Source: Candidatus Sigynarchaeum calidifontis
GTDB taxonomy: Archaea > Asgardarchaeota > Lokiarchaeia > Sigyniarchaeales > Sigyniarchaeaceae
Direction: 5' to 3'
Assembly: GCA_030587475.2 (NCBI GenBank)
Contig: JAUQYZ020000080.1
Coordinates: 1 to 27,993 of the forward strand
Length of the DNA: 27,993 nucleotides
Notes under the pieces: model-generated
Told to the model about the DNA's origin: nothing
What the model saw: only the letters and a program-made list of their open reading frames with translations
Database searches by the model: none
Made by a program: the position numbers and the translations under genes
Shown here: piece after piece, positions 26,479 through 27,993 of the stretch
Layout of the letters: every line of letters begins with the position of its first letter
Position numbering within the stretch: the first letter of the stretch is position 1

Positions 26479-27108
26479 CTATTTGCCTTTTCTTTTCCCG
26501 CCGGCCGGCTTCTCCGCCGCCGCGGCTTCGCCTTCCTTCTTCTTCCCCTTGTCGCGGGCAGGGCCGCCAGCGAGGTCTTCCTTGACCCAGTCGAGCTTGC
26601 CGAGGAACGGGCGGCGCATGGTAAGGCCGAGCTTTCCCGCCTTGGATCGGGACGCCGGGGATATGGCCACGATGCGGGCGCGAACCAGGTCGTTAGCCAT
26701 CATGGTGCGTCCCGTGTCCTTGCCTTCGAGGATGCCCCCCTTCGAGTTGTACGAGATGAAATCGTCCGTGACTTGGGAAACGTGACACAAGCCATCGGTC
26801 GGCCCGAGGCGCACGAACACGCCGAAATCGACGACCTCGACGACCTTGCCTTCCACGACCTCGTTCATCTCGGGACGATAAACGAGGAGCTCGAACGTGC
26901 ACCGGGAAAACATGCCCTCCTCCTTCGGGAGGAGTTTTCCAAGGTCGATATCCATGATATCCGTGACCGTGATGACGTAACCGATGTCCTTGAGCACGAT
27001 GTCCTCGTATTCCATGCGGATGATTTCCTTGGCCTCCTCCTTGATGTCCTTGCCAAACGAGGAGGGATGGATCCTGATCGTGTCCTTTATGGATACTAGA
27101 TAAAACAT
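26479..27108 (-). CDS. rpoE1: DNA-directed RNA polymerase subunit Rpo7 (RpoE')
   Basis: 'MFYLV.IKDTIRIHP..FG', S1 domain 'EVVEGKVVEVVDFGVFVRLGPTDGLCHVSQV.DD' and 'GLTMRRPFLGKLDW'. Confidence 0.97.
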   Translation of the reverse strand: MFYLVSIKDTIRIHPSSFGKDIKEEAKEIIRMEYEDIVLKDIGYVITVTDIMDIDLGKLLPKEEGMFSRCTFELLVYRPEMNEVVEGKVVEVVDFGVFVRLGPTDGLCHVSQVTDDFISYNSKGGILEGKDTGRTMMANDLVRARIVAISPASRSKAGKLGLTMRRPFLGKLDWVKEDLAGGPARDKGKKKEGEAAAAEKPAGGKRKGK

Positions 27109-27141
27109 GCCTTGTCGTGGCCTTCGAGGAATGGGATGTTG

Positions 27142-27149
27142 TATAAAAA
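27142..27149 (-). promoter_or_regulatory. Putative TATA box (TTTTTATA on the minus strand) for rpoE1-spt4
   Basis: The forward strand reads tataaaaa at 27142-27149, about 34 nt upstream of the rpoE1 ATG in an AT-rich divergent spacer. Confidence 0.45.
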
Positions 27150-27359
27150 GCAGAGATATTAATTAACAATTCTATCTCGTTTCTCGGCTACACCTCTTCA
27201 GCGAGGAACAAAGGAATATCCGAAGATGTGAACCACGTTGCTCTTAATCGACATCATTACCAACTTTAACCTTTTTATGTTTCTAAAGGTTAGATACAAC
27301 ATCGGTTCCCTTACGTAGCATCCAACTCTCCCCCCGAGATGGTGAGACGGGTAACAGAC

Positions 27360-27737
27360 ATGCAGTCAGATACGAACAATGTCGAGGAACTTGAAGAAAT
27401 ACTCAAGAACCTGACCGCGAACATACCCGAGATTCTCGCGACGGCAGTCGTGAGCGTGGAGGGGCTCCCCATTGCATCGATGATGCCGCAAGAAGTCGAT
27501 GACACGCGGATCGCGGCCATGACTGCAGCGATGCTGAGCCTCGGCGAGCGAGCGGCGCTGGAGTTGAACAAGGGAGCGCTGGAGCAAATCCTCATCCGGG
27601 GCGAGAACGGGTACCTCATGGTCATGGGCGCGGGGGCGAACGCCGTCTTGACCGTGTCGGCCACGAAGGACGTAAAGCTAGGGCTTATCTTTTTAGACTG
27701 CAAGAGAGCGTGCGAGAAAATCTCCAAGATCGTCTGA
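27360..27737 (+). CDS. Roadblock/LC7 (MglB/LAMTOR-like) domain protein
   Basis: 'A.AVVS.EGLPIAS', 'RIAAMTAAMLSLGERAA.EL.KG.LEQI.I.G..GY' and 'AVL.V.A....KLGLIFLD'. The start is 27339 or 27360. Confidence 0.93.
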   Translation: MQSDTNNVEELEEILKNLTANIPEILATAVVSVEGLPIASMMPQEVDDTRIAAMTAAMLSLGERAALELNKGALEQILIRGENGYLMVMGAGANAVLTVSATKDVKLGLIFLDCKRACEKISKIV

Positions 27738-27993
27738 TCTCGCACGGATTTCACGATCAAACATTTCGCGGCGATTTCTTGATGCGATGCCGCAATTTCT
27801 GCCTCGATCGCAAGATCGAAGAGATTTTCATGACGTCCATCGATTGAGCTTGAAGCGCAAGGGGTACTTGTAAGAGGCGAGCGTCGGATGCGGCGCTCGC
27901 GAACATCGACGTCACCACGATCTCCCCCGAGGCGCTCATGGCCTCCCCCGCCATGAAGGCGCTGTTCCAGTGCCCCGCCGGCAACTACATGGG

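Noticed and set aside
24995-27099. + strand ORFs 24995-25759 and 26251-27099
   Set aside because: They are shadows of the lipid kinase, spt4 and rpoE1 genes on the minus strand.
1-27993. tRNA, rRNA, CRISPR arrays, IS elements and integrases
   Set aside because: None were recognised. The intergenic spacers are short and show no cloverleaf, repeat-spacer pattern, terminal inverted repeats or transposase ORF by eye. A tRNAscan-SE or Rfam scan would be needed to exclude small RNAs.

Overview
Gene-dense, roughly mid-to-high GC archaeal chromosomal segment, most plausibly from an Asgard archaeon (Lokiarchaeia-like). This placement is inferred from eL38, split Kae1/Bud32, a roadblock protein, zinc-ribbon proteins and orphan multi-TM proteins, not from a phylogeny. 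Most genes are housekeeping: rpl38e, rpl40e (53 aa, missed by the ORF track), NusA-like factor, pth2, truD, aspS, map, UPF0200/UPF0201, trm11-like, prs, DUF359 dephospho-CoA kinase, rps24e, rps27ae, kae1, bud32, spt4 and rpoE1. The most unusual item is a 5TM+GDPD+1TM glycerophosphodiesterase that appears to match the metazoan GPI-anchor-cleaving GDE2/GDE3/GDE6 family along its whole length, making it a candidate eukaryotic signature protein. Also notable are a RapA/HepA-like SNF2 ATPase with tandem Tudor-like domains, a Cdc6/Orc1 homologue with degenerate Walker A/B motifs, a zinc-ribbon/CPBP (Rce1-like) fusion lacking catalytic residues, a membrane-anchored DUF359, and a rearranged rpoE1-spt4-DUF359-rps24e-rps27ae-kae1-bud32 superoperon. 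No rRNA, tRNA, CRISPR array or mobile element was recognised. All family calls come from motifs read by eye and recalled family knowledge, not from database searches.
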